DNA from: Alphaproteobacteria bacterium
GTDB lineage: Bacteria > Pseudomonadota > Alphaproteobacteria > JAEUKQ01
Direction of reading: 5' to 3'
Assembly: GCA_016794225.1 (NCBI GenBank)
Contig: JAEUKQ010000001.1
Location: forward strand, 2,062 to 66,061
Length of the DNA stretch: 64,000 nt
Shown piece by piece: positions 1 through 9,188 of the stretch (positions are counted from its first letter, which is position 1; every line of letters starts with the position of its first letter). Made by a program: the position numbers and the translations under genes. The notes beneath the pieces were generated by a model that saw nothing but the letters and a program-made list of their open reading frames with translations, ran no database searches and was not told the origin of the DNA.

Positions 1-575
1 ATATACCCGAAATTAGCCAGGGATTGGTTGAATTGAATGTGGAAGGTTATCCACGCCCCGAATTGTTGGCTGCTGCAAAAGCAGCAAAAGTGCAGCAATT
101 TACCATTGTACCCTCGGACCCAGGCGAATTAACAAGTACCCGGGGTTGGCAAGACCGCGATGGTGAGGAATTATTGAAAAAAACACTGGAATTTCTAAGT
201 GGATTTACCAAAACATCGGTTTTCATTGACGTCAATAACCAGGGGGTTGATTTAGCCGCCCGTCTAAAAGCCCAAGCGGTTGAGATCATCACCCAAGATT
301 ACAGCCTATGCACCGGCAAAGACCGTTTAAAACATCTGAATCAAATCGTTTCTGTTGCCAATTATGCACGCGCAAAAGGCTTACGGGTTCATTTAGGGCA
401 TGACCTAAATGCTGAAAATTTACCGCGCTTGATTCAAGCCGTGCATCCCGACGAAGTGTCGATTGGCCATGCAATTGTGTCCGAGGCAGTAATGTTGGGT
501 CTGCCCCAAATCGTTCGGGACTATGCCCAAATCATTCAACAACAACCCGTTGGTCATGATTCGCCGCTGAATTAA
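1..575 (+). CDS. pdxJ: pyridoxine 5'-phosphate synthase PdxJ (5' end lies outside window)
   Basis: ORF 24..575 is open to the window edge. The C-terminal block 'VSIGHAIVSEAVMLGL' matches the PdxJ 'NIGHAIIGRAVMTGL' region. 'SVFIDVN' matches the PdxJ 'SLFIDAD' block. Confidence 0.85.
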   Translation, partial: IPEISQGLVELNVEGYPRPELLAAAKAAKVQQFTIVPSDPGELTSTRGWQDRDGEELLKKTLEFLSGFTKTSVFIDVNNQGVDLAARLKAQAVEIITQDYSLCTGKDRLKHLNQIVSVANYARAKGLRVHLGHDLNAENLPRLIQAVHPDEVSIGHAIVSEAVMLGLPQIVRDYAQIIQQQPVGHDSPLN

Positions 576-578
576 TAC

Positions 579-1514
579 TTATAGGCCTAGGCTGGTAATA
601 GCCCGCTTTAAAATTTCAGCACTTCGACGTAACAATGGTTTTTCTGTTTGATCCAGGATTGGAATAATCGTTTTTTGCACCCCATGGGCTGTAATAATTT
701 GTGGCAAAGACAGGGTAACATCGCTAATTCCCTCAACTTCTGGCATTCGCATACAACAGGTTAAAATGGCATGTTCATTTTGTAAAATGGCTTGTGCCAA
801 CCGCGCCATACCCGCACCAATACCGAACCAGGTTGCACCTTTTCCCTGGATAATTTTATAAGCGGCACGACGTACTTCTTCATCCATTTGCTGACATAGA
901 GACTGAGTTATCGGCGAAGCCAATTGGGCGGCCGCTGCGGGCAACGGCATATTCGCCACCGTTACACCGGACCAATGCAAAACCTCGGAATCGCCATGCT
1001 CACCCAAAACATAGGCCTGTACCGAATGGCTTGAAACTCCTAAATGTTGGCCTAACAAGGCACGAAAGCGTGCTGTATCCAAAATAGTGCCCGAACCAAG
1101 GACACATCCTGGCTTAGGCTTGTTGGCCAAATGATCTATTAAATGCGTTATTACATCAACTGGATTGGTTGCGTTTAATAAGATAGCTTGTGGGGCGGCT
1201 TTAATAATCTTGGGGATAATGTCGGCAAAAACATCGGCATTACGTTTCAGTAAATCAAGGCGGGTTTCCCCTGGTTGCTGGTTAACACCAGCCGCAATCA
1301 TAATTAGCCCTGTATCTTCCAAATCATCAAGTGATCCAGCACGAACCGGGATTGGCGCAGCAAAAGGGGTAGCATGTAAAATATCACCCGCTTGCGCCAT
1401 CGCCAATGCGTGATTTTTATCAACCAAAACAAGTTCGGTGCCCAACCCTTTTAAGGCACAGGCATAGGCGGTTGCTGAACCCACATTTCCACAACCAACA
1501 ATTCCTATTTTCAT
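579..1514 (-). CDS. ldh: L-lactate dehydrogenase (LDH/MDH superfamily)
   Basis: N-terminal Rossmann motif 'GIVGCGNVGSA'. 'GVNQQPGETRLDL' has Gln at the substrate-specificity position, which is LDH-type rather than the Arg of MDH. Catalytic 'LGEHGDS'. Confidence 0.75.
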   Translation of the reverse strand: MKIGIVGCGNVGSATAYACALKGLGTELVLVDKNHALAMAQAGDILHATPFAAPIPVRAGSLDDLEDTGLIMIAAGVNQQPGETRLDLLKRNADVFADIIPKIIKAAPQAILLNATNPVDVITHLIDHLANKPKPGCVLGSGTILDTARFRALLGQHLGVSSHSVQAYVLGEHGDSEVLHWSGVTVANMPLPAAAAQLASPITQSLCQQMDEEVRRAAYKIIQGKGATWFGIGAGMARLAQAILQNEHAILTCCMRMPEVEGISDVTLSLPQIITAHGVQKTIIPILDQTEKPLLRRSAEILKRAITSLGL

Positions 1515-1617
1515 GTATGAATAACCCCTGCAAGAATGTGTTAATCAAAATTAAAAACGATGGATTAGCGCAAGATAAGAAAAGCCCTGTTCAAAATTTA
1601 TCTTATCTAACAAAAGC

Positions 1618-1653
1618 TTGACGCTTTCTGGCTAAATTCATAGCATAGCTATG
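1618..1653 (+). promoter_or_regulatory. candidate sigma70-type promoter (TTGACG-N17-TAGCAT) overlapping a 10-bp perfect palindrome CATAGCTATG upstream of cbtBA
   Basis: Read directly from the sequence. The palindrome at 1644..1653 overlaps the putative -10. No B12-box was seen. Confidence 0.25.
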
Positions 1654-1693
1654 TTATAAAAAATTTTTAACTTCAACAAGGGTTAAGTACCGC

Positions 1694-1882
1694 ATGTTAA
1701 CCGCAAAGGTTTCACCAACACCTACCATTTCAGACAAGATGCTTGTGCAAAAACGCCTAATTGGTGGCAGCATGATTGTCTTGGGCTTGTTGTTTATTGC
1801 TATTGTTGGTTTTTTGCCAACCCATGCTGTTCATAACGCCGCTCATGACACCCGCCATCTTTCTGGCTTTCCTTGTCACTAA
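1694..1882 (+). CDS. cbtB: cobalt transporter subunit CbtB-like small membrane protein
   Basis: 62 aa with a single TM helix and a His-rich C-terminus (HAVHNAAHDTRH). It lies immediately upstream of cbtA. The stop is 1 nt before the cbtA ATG. Confidence 0.55.
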   Translation: MLTAKVSPTPTISDKMLVQKRLIGGSMIVLGLLFIAIVGFLPTHAVHNAAHDTRHLSGFPCH

Positions 1883-1883
1883 C

Positions 1884-2597
1884 ATGTATAAAATCTTATT
1901 GAAGGCTATTTTTGCTGGTTGTATTGCTGGAACAGTTGTTTTCGGCGTGCAAGTTTTTAAATTAATTCCGCTTATTTTAACTGCTGAAACCTATGAAACA
2001 GGGATGGCAGACCATCATGGTACAGCAACCACTGCTGAAGCTGAACACGCCCATAGTGCAGATCACACACACGACCACGAAGCTTGGCAACCACAAAACG
2101 GCCTAGAGCGCTATACCTATACTTTCTTCAGCAATATCGGCATGGGCATTGGGTTTGCTTTATTATTGATGGGGATATGGATGTGGCGGAATCAGGCCGT
2201 CAATACCACAGCCGGTTTGCTATGGGGATTGGCTGGTTTTATTGCGTTCTCGCTTGCCCCAAGTTTTGGTTTGCCACCAGAATTACCAGGAACCCAAGCA
2301 GCAGCCATAGAGAACCGTCAAGTATGGTGGTTGGCAACTGTGCTGGCAACTTCCATTGGGTTAGGAATGTTGTTTCTTTATCATCATCTGGCCACCAAAA
2401 TAGGTGGTGTTGTGTTCATTGCTTTACCGCATATTATTGGACATCCTCAAGGGCCAACAGGTGGCGCGGTACCGCCAGAATTAAACGCGCATTTTACGGC
2501 AGCCTCAATAGCCGTTATGGCCTTGTTCTGGGTGGTTTTAGGTTCCAGTTGCGGCTGGCTTTACGGCCATTCTGATCAAAAGCCTGAAGTAACATAA
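1884..2597 (+). CDS. cbtA: cobalt transporter subunit CbtA-like membrane protein
   Basis: Multi-TM protein with a His-rich loop (ADHHGTATTAEAEHAHSADHTHDHE) typical of CbtA. The start is taken at ATG 1884 rather than ORF-track 1776 because 1776 overlaps cbtB. Confidence 0.6.
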   Translation: MYKILLKAIFAGCIAGTVVFGVQVFKLIPLILTAETYETGMADHHGTATTAEAEHAHSADHTHDHEAWQPQNGLERYTYTFFSNIGMGIGFALLLMGIWMWRNQAVNTTAGLLWGLAGFIAFSLAPSFGLPPELPGTQAAAIENRQVWWLATVLATSIGLGMLFLYHHLATKIGGVVFIALPHIIGHPQGPTGGAVPPELNAHFTAASIAVMALFWVVLGSSCGWLYGHSDQKPEVT

Positions 2598-2598
2598 A

Positions 2599-2808
2599 TT
2601 ACTGCCCTTCTATTGGCGAATTGCGAAACTTAGGTGGCTGATCCCCAAATAACAGCCACATGGGACTAACATTTAAAACTTTAGCAAAAGCAACAAGCTC
2701 GGTATCTTTAACGGTGCGTTTGCCAAGCTCAATATCAGATAACGCCCGTTGGGTGATATCAATTTTATAATCAACTGATAAAGCTGCTATAAGATCGATC
2801 TGCTTCAT
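2599..2808 (-). CDS. XRE-family HTH transcriptional regulator (69 aa)
   Basis: Cro/C1-type HTH pattern: 'ITQRALSDIELGKRTVKDTELVAFAKVLNVSPMWLL'. Confidence 0.55.
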   Translation of the reverse strand: MKQIDLIAALSVDYKIDITQRALSDIELGKRTVKDTELVAFAKVLNVSPMWLLFGDQPPKFRNSPIEGQ

Positions 2809-2847
2809 CTCGCTGCTGACACGGGCAGATTTTATTAAATAGACATA

Positions 2848-2920
2848 TGGCTGGGGCGCTAGGATTCGAACCTAGGGTCACGGGACCAAAACCCGTTGCC
2901 TTACCGCTTGGCCACGCCCC
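2848..2920 (-). tRNA. tRNA-Gln (anticodon UUG)
   Basis: The reverse complement folds as a cloverleaf: GGGGCGTGGCCAAGCGGTAAGGCAACGGGTTTTGGTCCCGTGACCCTAGGTTCGAATCCTAGCGCCCCAGCCA. Anticodon loop TTTTGGT. TΨC motif GGTTCGAATCC. 3' CCA encoded. Confidence 0.85.
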
Positions 2921-3067
2921 AAAAGCCTGCATTATACCTACAGCAACACTGTAGAGGTATTAACGGAGTGAGAACATACTCTAAGCTTCCTATTTCGGCA
3001 AGCAAAAAGATAACATGAACGCCCACCCTTTAAAGAATAACAACAATAACGCGTACCCAATCCCCCA

Positions 3068-4054
3068 TTACGTCACAACATGACCATTATTATAGGAATT
3101 ACCAAGTATTTCCAGCGGCTGTTCCTTCTTTAACACCGGTGCTGCGGCTACCCACCAATCGGGGCGTTGTTGTGATAAAAGTTGTGCCGCTTGGCGCGCT
3201 TGGCGTTCGTGCGCGAACATTGCCCAACAAGTTGCCCCGCTACCTGACATGCGAACTAATAGCTGATCTTTAAGAAGTTTAAGGGTTTCTAGCACAATTT
3301 TAATTGCTGGTTGCAGCTGTTGGGCTGGTTCCGTTAGATCATTTTGACAGTTGTTTAAGTAACTGGCCAAATCCTCAACGGTTTTCCACCCACCCGCTGG
3401 AAAAGCAGGTGCTGGCTTGGAAAAAACAACTCCTTGTCGCTGTTTAAAAACCGCAGCCGTCGGAACGGCCAATAACGGGTTAACCAGAACAAGCCAAAAA
3501 TTAGGAAATTGCGGCACGGGGAACAATAATTCCCCTATTCCTTGCATCCGGCGTGGTTCACCCATAAGACAAACAGGTACATCTGCGCCTAATCGAAGCC
3601 CCAGTTGCAGCCATTCAGGGGGGCTTAGATGTATCTGCCATAAATGAGCACATAATTTCATTGCAGCAGCAGCATCAGCAGATCCACCCCCAATACCCGA
3701 AGAAACAGGCAATTTTTTGGTAAGAGTAATCTTAGCACCACGCATTAAACGCCCTGGCAAAAGATGCTTTTGCAGTGCTTCAACTGCCCTAAGGACAATG
3801 TTATTTGACTCGTGCTGAAGCTGGTGGGCAAATGGCCCTTCCACTTTTAAGCTTAGCATAGGGTTCGAACTTAGGGATAACGTGTCACCAATACCGGCAA
3901 ACACCACAAGGCTATCTAATACATGATAACCATCAGGTCTTTTACCTACCACGTGCAGAAAAAGATTAACTTTGGCAAAGGCATGAATTTGCTTTGGGTC
4001 TTCTAGGGTTTGCATAGGCTCTAAAACCTGCTGTGTTTTCATATCTGTTGTCAT
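3068..4054 (-). CDS. ispE: 4-diphosphocytidyl-2-C-methyl-D-erythritol kinase IspE
   Basis: GHMP-kinase ATP motif 'PVSSGIGGGSADAAAA'. Overall IspE-like sequence. Overlaps the upstream TPR gene by 4 nt (ATGA), consistent with an operon. Confidence 0.9.
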   Translation of the reverse strand: MTTDMKTQQVLEPMQTLEDPKQIHAFAKVNLFLHVVGKRPDGYHVLDSLVVFAGIGDTLSLSSNPMLSLKVEGPFAHQLQHESNNIVLRAVEALQKHLLPGRLMRGAKITLTKKLPVSSGIGGGSADAAAAMKLCAHLWQIHLSPPEWLQLGLRLGADVPVCLMGEPRRMQGIGELLFPVPQFPNFWLVLVNPLLAVPTAAVFKQRQGVVFSKPAPAFPAGGWKTVEDLASYLNNCQNDLTEPAQQLQPAIKIVLETLKLLKDQLLVRMSGSGATCWAMFAHERQARQAAQLLSQQRPDWWVAAAPVLKKEQPLEILGNSYNNGHVVT

Positions 4055-5793
4055 GGTTGCCCCAGCTTTAAAATTTTTTCCTGAATTAGAGGTATTGTTT
4101 CTGGTTGCGGGTTAAGGCGCAAAGCACGTTGCCACTGAAATAGCGCTTCGCGTTTACGTCCAACTGCTAGATAAACATCACCCAAATGATCATTAATTTC
4201 TGCTTCACCCGGGTCTAGAACAATCGCTTTTTCCATATATTGAATGGCTTTATCATATTGTTTTAAACGGTAATATGCCCAACCAATACTGTCTAAAATA
4301 TACCCTTGATTTGGAGTTAGCCTGTCTGCCTGCAATAACATTTCTAATGCTTGATCCAGCTTAATGCCCTGATCTACCCAGGTATAGGCAAGATAATTCA
4401 TAACGGGGGCTTGTTGGGGCTGTAAGGCAAGCGATTTTAAGAAACTTGCTTCAGCTTTTGGCCATTGTTTTGTTCGCTCATAGGCGATACCCAGTACAAA
4501 ATACTGCCCCGCTATTTGGTTTTTTAATGACACTGAACCTGGGACAGTTTTTAAATTTGCCTCAAGTAAAACAAGTGCTTGTTGATAAAAAGGCAAAGCC
4601 TGTTCGAACTTTTTTTGACTACGTAACACGTCACCAGCTGCTTGATGCAAAAGAATCCAATCGGGATATTGTTGTACCATCCCCTGAAATGCAGCAAGTG
4701 CTTGTTCAAGCTGTCCCTGCCGTTGGTCTATATCTGCCAGCTGGATGCGCGCTGATGGCGTTAAATAATTAGGTGCTAGAAGCTGAGATAATATGGTACG
4801 GGCTTCTTCATAACGCCCCATTCCAACCAAATTCATTGCAAGACCAAGTCGAGCCACTGTAAGGTTAGAGTTTAATTTTAAAGACATCCAATAAAGTGGG
4901 ATCGCTTGCGTATATTCTTGTTGACTTGACATAATGTTGGCAAAATTAAAGAAAATTTCGGCCATGCCTTGCTGACCAGATTGAATAATTTTGCTGGGCA
5001 AACTGCCTGGGTTCTGAAATAGCTTGATCAGTTCTAAAATTCTTTGGTCATTGTTAAATTCAACATACTGACTTTGTAAAATATTTAATATGGGGTTTGC
5101 TTGGGGTGCTGTTTTTGCATAAAAAACACCTACAATCTCTAACGTCCGCAAGGATGGATTAGGTACCGTTTGCAATAATTGTTTATAGTATATTTCTGCC
5201 TGTGCTGGCTGATTCAGCAAATCGGCAATCATTCCCAAATTTAACCAATAAAATTCTGCAAGTCCTTGACGTTGGCTTATTTGTTGTAGTTTTTGTTCAA
5301 ATATTTTTAGGTCTGTTTGTGGTTGCGATAACTGTTCAAGCTCGATGACCGTTTGCCACAATAGTAAAAATTGTGTAAATGCTTGGTAAAATTGGTCTGT
5401 TTGGTTACCAAGGCTTTTAAATTCTGCATCAGCAATAACGTTGCGTTGGCCTGCAACTTTGTTGCTTAGATTATGCACGCCAGCCAACAAATGTAACAAA
5501 GGAAAATCAACCTTTTGTTGACGCAGCTGTTCAATTTGCCCAACCGCCTGATCTAAATCGCCAATTTGCACGAGTGCTTGAAAGTATAGGCTGCGAATAT
5601 TCAGATCGGTGTTTTGCTGAATTAACGTGCGCAGGTAGCTTGCCGCCGTTAGATAATCTTGACGTTGTATTGCATGGTAAGCGGGCAAATAACCTTCGGT
5701 TACTGGCCTGAAGGCTGATTCTGTTTGGGTAAAACCGCTATTGATGCCAAGAATACTAATTAACCCTATCATTCCTAATATTTTTTTGATCAT
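4051..5793 (-). CDS. secreted TPR-repeat protein (580 aa)
   Basis: N-terminal signal peptide (MIKKILGMIGLISILGINSG). Many TPR-like repeats. Translationally coupled to ispE. Confidence 0.7.
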   Translation of the reverse strand: MIKKILGMIGLISILGINSGFTQTESAFRPVTEGYLPAYHAIQRQDYLTAASYLRTLIQQNTDLNIRSLYFQALVQIGDLDQAVGQIEQLRQQKVDFPLLHLLAGVHNLSNKVAGQRNVIADAEFKSLGNQTDQFYQAFTQFLLLWQTVIELEQLSQPQTDLKIFEQKLQQISQRQGLAEFYWLNLGMIADLLNQPAQAEIYYKQLLQTVPNPSLRTLEIVGVFYAKTAPQANPILNILQSQYVEFNNDQRILELIKLFQNPGSLPSKIIQSGQQGMAEIFFNFANIMSSQQEYTQAIPLYWMSLKLNSNLTVARLGLAMNLVGMGRYEEARTILSQLLAPNYLTPSARIQLADIDQRQGQLEQALAAFQGMVQQYPDWILLHQAAGDVLRSQKKFEQALPFYQQALVLLEANLKTVPGSVSLKNQIAGQYFVLGIAYERTKQWPKAEASFLKSLALQPQQAPVMNYLAYTWVDQGIKLDQALEMLLQADRLTPNQGYILDSIGWAYYRLKQYDKAIQYMEKAIVLDPGEAEINDHLGDVYLAVGRKREALFQWQRALRLNPQPETIPLIQEKILKLGQP

Positions 5794-5856
5794 GTGCTAT
5801 ACTACCTGGTTGATAAATATTTACCAAGATTTACCTGTTATAGTTGTCCACCAATT

Positions 5857-6096
5857 TTATGCTTTTTCAAGAAATATTAAAATTTTATCGGCCTGTGTTT
5901 CTACCTTCAATAACCTATTCCCTGTTTGCTGGCAAAGATATTCCATGTCCTTGGGTGCTTCAGGATCGGTTACCACAACAGTTAATTGATCACCTGGGGA
6001 TAATGTTTTTAAATGTCGTCTTGTATGTAAAACAGGCATAGGACATTTTAATCCAGACAAATCAAGGTTTTTTGGCATTCTTTGCCCCCTGTGCAA
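5857..6096 (-). CDS. TusA/SirA-family sulfurtransferase-like protein
   Basis: Conserved 'CPMP' active-site motif (LSGLKCPMPVL). 79 aa. Confidence 0.8.
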   Translation of the reverse strand: MHRGQRMPKNLDLSGLKCPMPVLHTRRHLKTLSPGDQLTVVVTDPEAPKDMEYLCQQTGNRLLKVETQADKILIFLEKA

Positions 6097-6231
6097 AATA
6101 TTTTTGGAACTCAGTCTAGTATTTTACAACGAAATGTAAATGCTGCATGATCCGGCTTGCAAAAACACGCTTTTTCCATAAACTACAACCGTTTTTAATT
6201 ATTTGATCAAATCCTAACTAAGGAAATCGTC

Positions 6232-7914
6232 GTGGCAGCATATCAATATGTATACGTTATGAAAGGGATGAGCAAGGTTTATCCCGGTGGTCGTAAGGTT
6301 ATGGATAATGTTTGGCTTTCATTCTTGCCTGGCGCCAAAATTGGTGTTTTGGGTGTGAACGGCGCTGGCAAATCAACTTTGCTTAAGATAATGGCTGGCC
6401 TTGACAAGGATTTTGGTGGTGAGGCTTGGGTTGCCAACGGAGCAACAGTTGGTTATTTGCCACAAGAACCAACTTTGAATCCCTCTAAAAACGTTCAGGA
6501 AAATATCATGGAGGGTGCAGCAGCCATCAAACAATTGCTCGATCGTTTTGATTGGGTTAGCAACCGATTGGGCGCTGATATTACTTCAGAAGAGATGGAC
6601 AAGCTTATTGAAGAGCAAAGCGATTTACAAAGCAAAATTGATGCTGTTGATGGATGGAATTTAGAGCGTACAATTGATATTGCAATGGATGCCTTGCGCT
6701 GTCCGGCTGCTGATGCTGATGTAACAAAATTAAGCGGCGGGGAACGCCGACGCGTTGCCCTGTGTCGTTTGCTTTTACAAAAGCCTGATCTTCTGTTGCT
6801 TGATGAACCCACCAACCATTTAGATGCAGAATCAGTTGCTTGGTTGGAAATATTCTTAAAGGATTATACAGGAACAGTCGTTGCAGTTACACATGACCGC
6901 TATTTCCTAGATAATGTAGCGGGTTGGATTCTAGAGCTTGATCGCGGCCACGGAATTCCATGGCAAGGTAATTATTCATCCTGGCTTGACCAAAAGCAAA
7001 AACGCCTAGCACAGGAAGCAAAGCAGGAAATCGCACGTCAGCGCACATTACAAAACGAGCTTGAATGGATCAGACAATCCCCCAAAGCACGCCAAAGTAA
7101 AAGTAAAGCACGTATTACAGCGTATGAAACGTTATTGCAGCAAGCAGCCCAAGCAGCGCCTGAAAATGCACAAATTATTATTCCAGCAGGACCACGTCTT
7201 GGCGACCTGGTGATTGAAGCCAATCATCTAAGTAAAGCTTTTGATCAGCAATTATTAATTGACGACCTAAGCTTTAAATTGCCTGCAGGGGGAATTGTTG
7301 GTGTGATTGGCCCCAATGGTGCCGGTAAAACAACACTTTTTAGAATGATCACAGGCCAAGAAAAACCCGATGGTGGAAATCTTAGAATCGGTGAGTCGGT
7401 TAAATTAGGGTATGTAGATCAAAGCCGGGATACTCTATCAGCCAACAAAACGGTCTGGGAAGAAATTAGCGGAGGATTGGATGAAATTGAATTGGGTAAG
7501 AAAAAATGGCCAAGCCGCAGCTATGTAGCCGCCTTTAATTTTAAAGGCACAGACCAGCAAAAGAAAGTTGGTCAATTATCTGGGGGTGAACGCAATCGGG
7601 TTCATTTAGCTAAAATGCTAAAATCTGGTGCGAATGTCTTACTTCTCGATGAACCCACCAACGACCTGGACGTTGATACTTTGCGCGCGCTTGAAGAGGC
7701 TTTAAGCAACTTTGCCGGTTGCGTTGTCGTGATTAGCCATGATCGGTGGTTTCTGGACCGAATCGCAACACATATTATTGCCTTTGAAGGAGATAGTAAG
7801 GTTGTGTGGTTTGAGGGAAACTACGCTGACTATGAGCAAGATAGAAAACGACGTCTTGGCCACAAAGCCGATCAACCACATCGACTAAGATACAAGCCAT
7901 TGCAGCGGGCATGA
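6232..7914 (+). CDS. ettA: ABC-F family translation factor EttA (energy-dependent translational throttle)
   Basis: Two ABC cassettes with Walker A motifs (GVNGAGKST; GPNGAGKTT) and signature motifs (LSGGERRRV; LSGGERNRV). The N-terminus aligns to EttA ([15 protein letters not shown]). GTG start preceded by AAGGAAA. Confidence 0.9.
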   Translation: MAAYQYVYVMKGMSKVYPGGRKVMDNVWLSFLPGAKIGVLGVNGAGKSTLLKIMAGLDKDFGGEAWVANGATVGYLPQEPTLNPSKNVQENIMEGAAAIKQLLDRFDWVSNRLGADITSEEMDKLIEEQSDLQSKIDAVDGWNLERTIDIAMDALRCPAADADVTKLSGGERRRVALCRLLLQKPDLLLLDEPTNHLDAESVAWLEIFLKDYTGTVVAVTHDRYFLDNVAGWILELDRGHGIPWQGNYSSWLDQKQKRLAQEAKQEIARQRTLQNELEWIRQSPKARQSKSKARITAYETLLQQAAQAAPENAQIIIPAGPRLGDLVIEANHLSKAFDQQLLIDDLSFKLPAGGIVGVIGPNGAGKTTLFRMITGQEKPDGGNLRIGESVKLGYVDQSRDTLSANKTVWEEISGGLDEIELGKKKWPSRSYVAAFNFKGTDQQKKVGQLSGGERNRVHLAKMLKSGANVLLLDEPTNDLDVDTLRALEEALSNFAGCVVVISHDRWFLDRIATHIIAFEGDSKVVWFEGNYADYEQDRKRRLGHKADQPHRLRYKPLQRA

Positions 7915-7949
7915 ATGAAATAAGGCCTTTTGTAATAAAAGTTCTATTG

Positions 7950-9068
7950 TTATTGTGGATTGGTTTTTTCCAGCTCGGAATAAAACTTTGCAGCGCCAGG
8001 ATGGATTGGAATTGGAATACCACTTAGGGCTGTTTCAAAACGCATCCTTCGTACAATTGGGTTATTACTGTCGGTCAGTTTCTTGGTTGTTGTATTCCAA
8101 AGCGCCCTGGTAATTTTATAAATTAAATCATCTGGGACTTCAGCACTTGTAACCCACAACGTGCTAATACCCAATGTTACCGCATTATTGACATCCCGGT
8201 AGCTACCTTCTGGAATGACATCTATTCCCAAAAAAGGATATTTTTGTCTAAGAATAGTAGCCCCCTCCCCATCAATCTGTAGAAGACGGATGCTGGCCGT
8301 TTGGGTGTAGTCGACCAGTGCTGGCAATGGATAACTACCCACTACAAAGATTGCATCCAACGAACCACCGCGAAGTGATTCAAGGGCAGAACGCAGGTTA
8401 TCATTTGAAAAATTTGCTTTCTTATCATCAATGCCATAAGCTTCTAGAACAGCAAGGGCTGTGGCATTTGTTCCACTATCTTTTTCACCCAATGAGATAC
8501 GCTTTCCAATCAATTGCTGAATATTTCTAATGGGCGAATCAGCAGCAACAACGACGTGAAGGCTTTCTTGATACAAGCTGGCAATGACCCGCAAGTTTTC
8601 AAGGGGGGTTTTACCCTTAAATATGTGCTCAGCACGAAATGCCCATAAGGCAACGTCTGCTTGGGATAAGCCTGATTCAAACTGCTGGGTTGCTACAGCC
8701 ATAACATTAAGAACGGAACCCTGGGTTGTCTGGGCAACAGCAACCAAACCAGGTACGCCACAGTTTCCACCCTGTTCACAACCACGTGCACCAGCTGGAT
8801 TACTAATTGCCGTTGCAATAACACCCCCCAAAGGAAAGAAAGTTGTTCCAACGCTACCAGTGGCTATACGAAAAAAATGTACATCCTGAGCAACAAGAGT
8901 TGCAGCGGTTGTAAACAACCAACCGGTTAAAAGAAAAATATTTCTTATAGCCACCCTAAAAGGCTTGGAAAGGTTAGAAAAAAATTGGCACAAAGCTTTC
9001 CACCCTGCCCCCAATCTTGATAAACACCTTCCCCAATATGTTACAACCCACGTCATTTTTATTATCAT
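7950..9068 (-). CDS. TAXI-family TRAP transporter solute-binding protein (orphan; no permease adjacent)
   Basis: Signal peptide followed by a TAXI/immunogenic-protein-like periplasmic binding fold. No DctQM genes nearby. Confidence 0.65.
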   Translation of the reverse strand: MIIKMTWVVTYWGRCLSRLGAGWKALCQFFSNLSKPFRVAIRNIFLLTGWLFTTAATLVAQDVHFFRIATGSVGTTFFPLGGVIATAISNPAGARGCEQGGNCGVPGLVAVAQTTQGSVLNVMAVATQQFESGLSQADVALWAFRAEHIFKGKTPLENLRVIASLYQESLHVVVAADSPIRNIQQLIGKRISLGEKDSGTNATALAVLEAYGIDDKKANFSNDNLRSALESLRGGSLDAIFVVGSYPLPALVDYTQTASIRLLQIDGEGATILRQKYPFLGIDVIPEGSYRDVNNAVTLGISTLWVTSAEVPDDLIYKITRALWNTTTKKLTDSNNPIVRRMRFETALSGIPIPIHPGAAKFYSELEKTNPQ

Positions 9069-9188
9069 ACGAAAAGTAAATCCTAACTGCCACTATACAA
9101 CGTTATAAAATTTTCCGAAAGATAAAATTTGTATTTTTCTTGAAATTTTTTTAATAATCTTATTTTGATGACCATGTTTGAAGAATTT

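Noticed and set aside
1165-1621. Plus-strand ORFs (82 and 71 aa) inside or abutting ldh
   Set aside because: They are antisense to or overlap a confident LDH gene. They have no motifs and are unlikely to be coding.
1515-1693. Cobalamin riboswitch upstream of cbtBA
   Set aside because: No B12-box (GCCACTG core) or surrounding conserved stems were detectable by eye. This needs a covariance-model search to be definitive.
2084-2575. 163-aa alternative-frame ORF inside cbtA
   Set aside because: It is embedded in a better-supported membrane protein gene. Its Arg/Trp-rich composition is typical of an off-frame translation.
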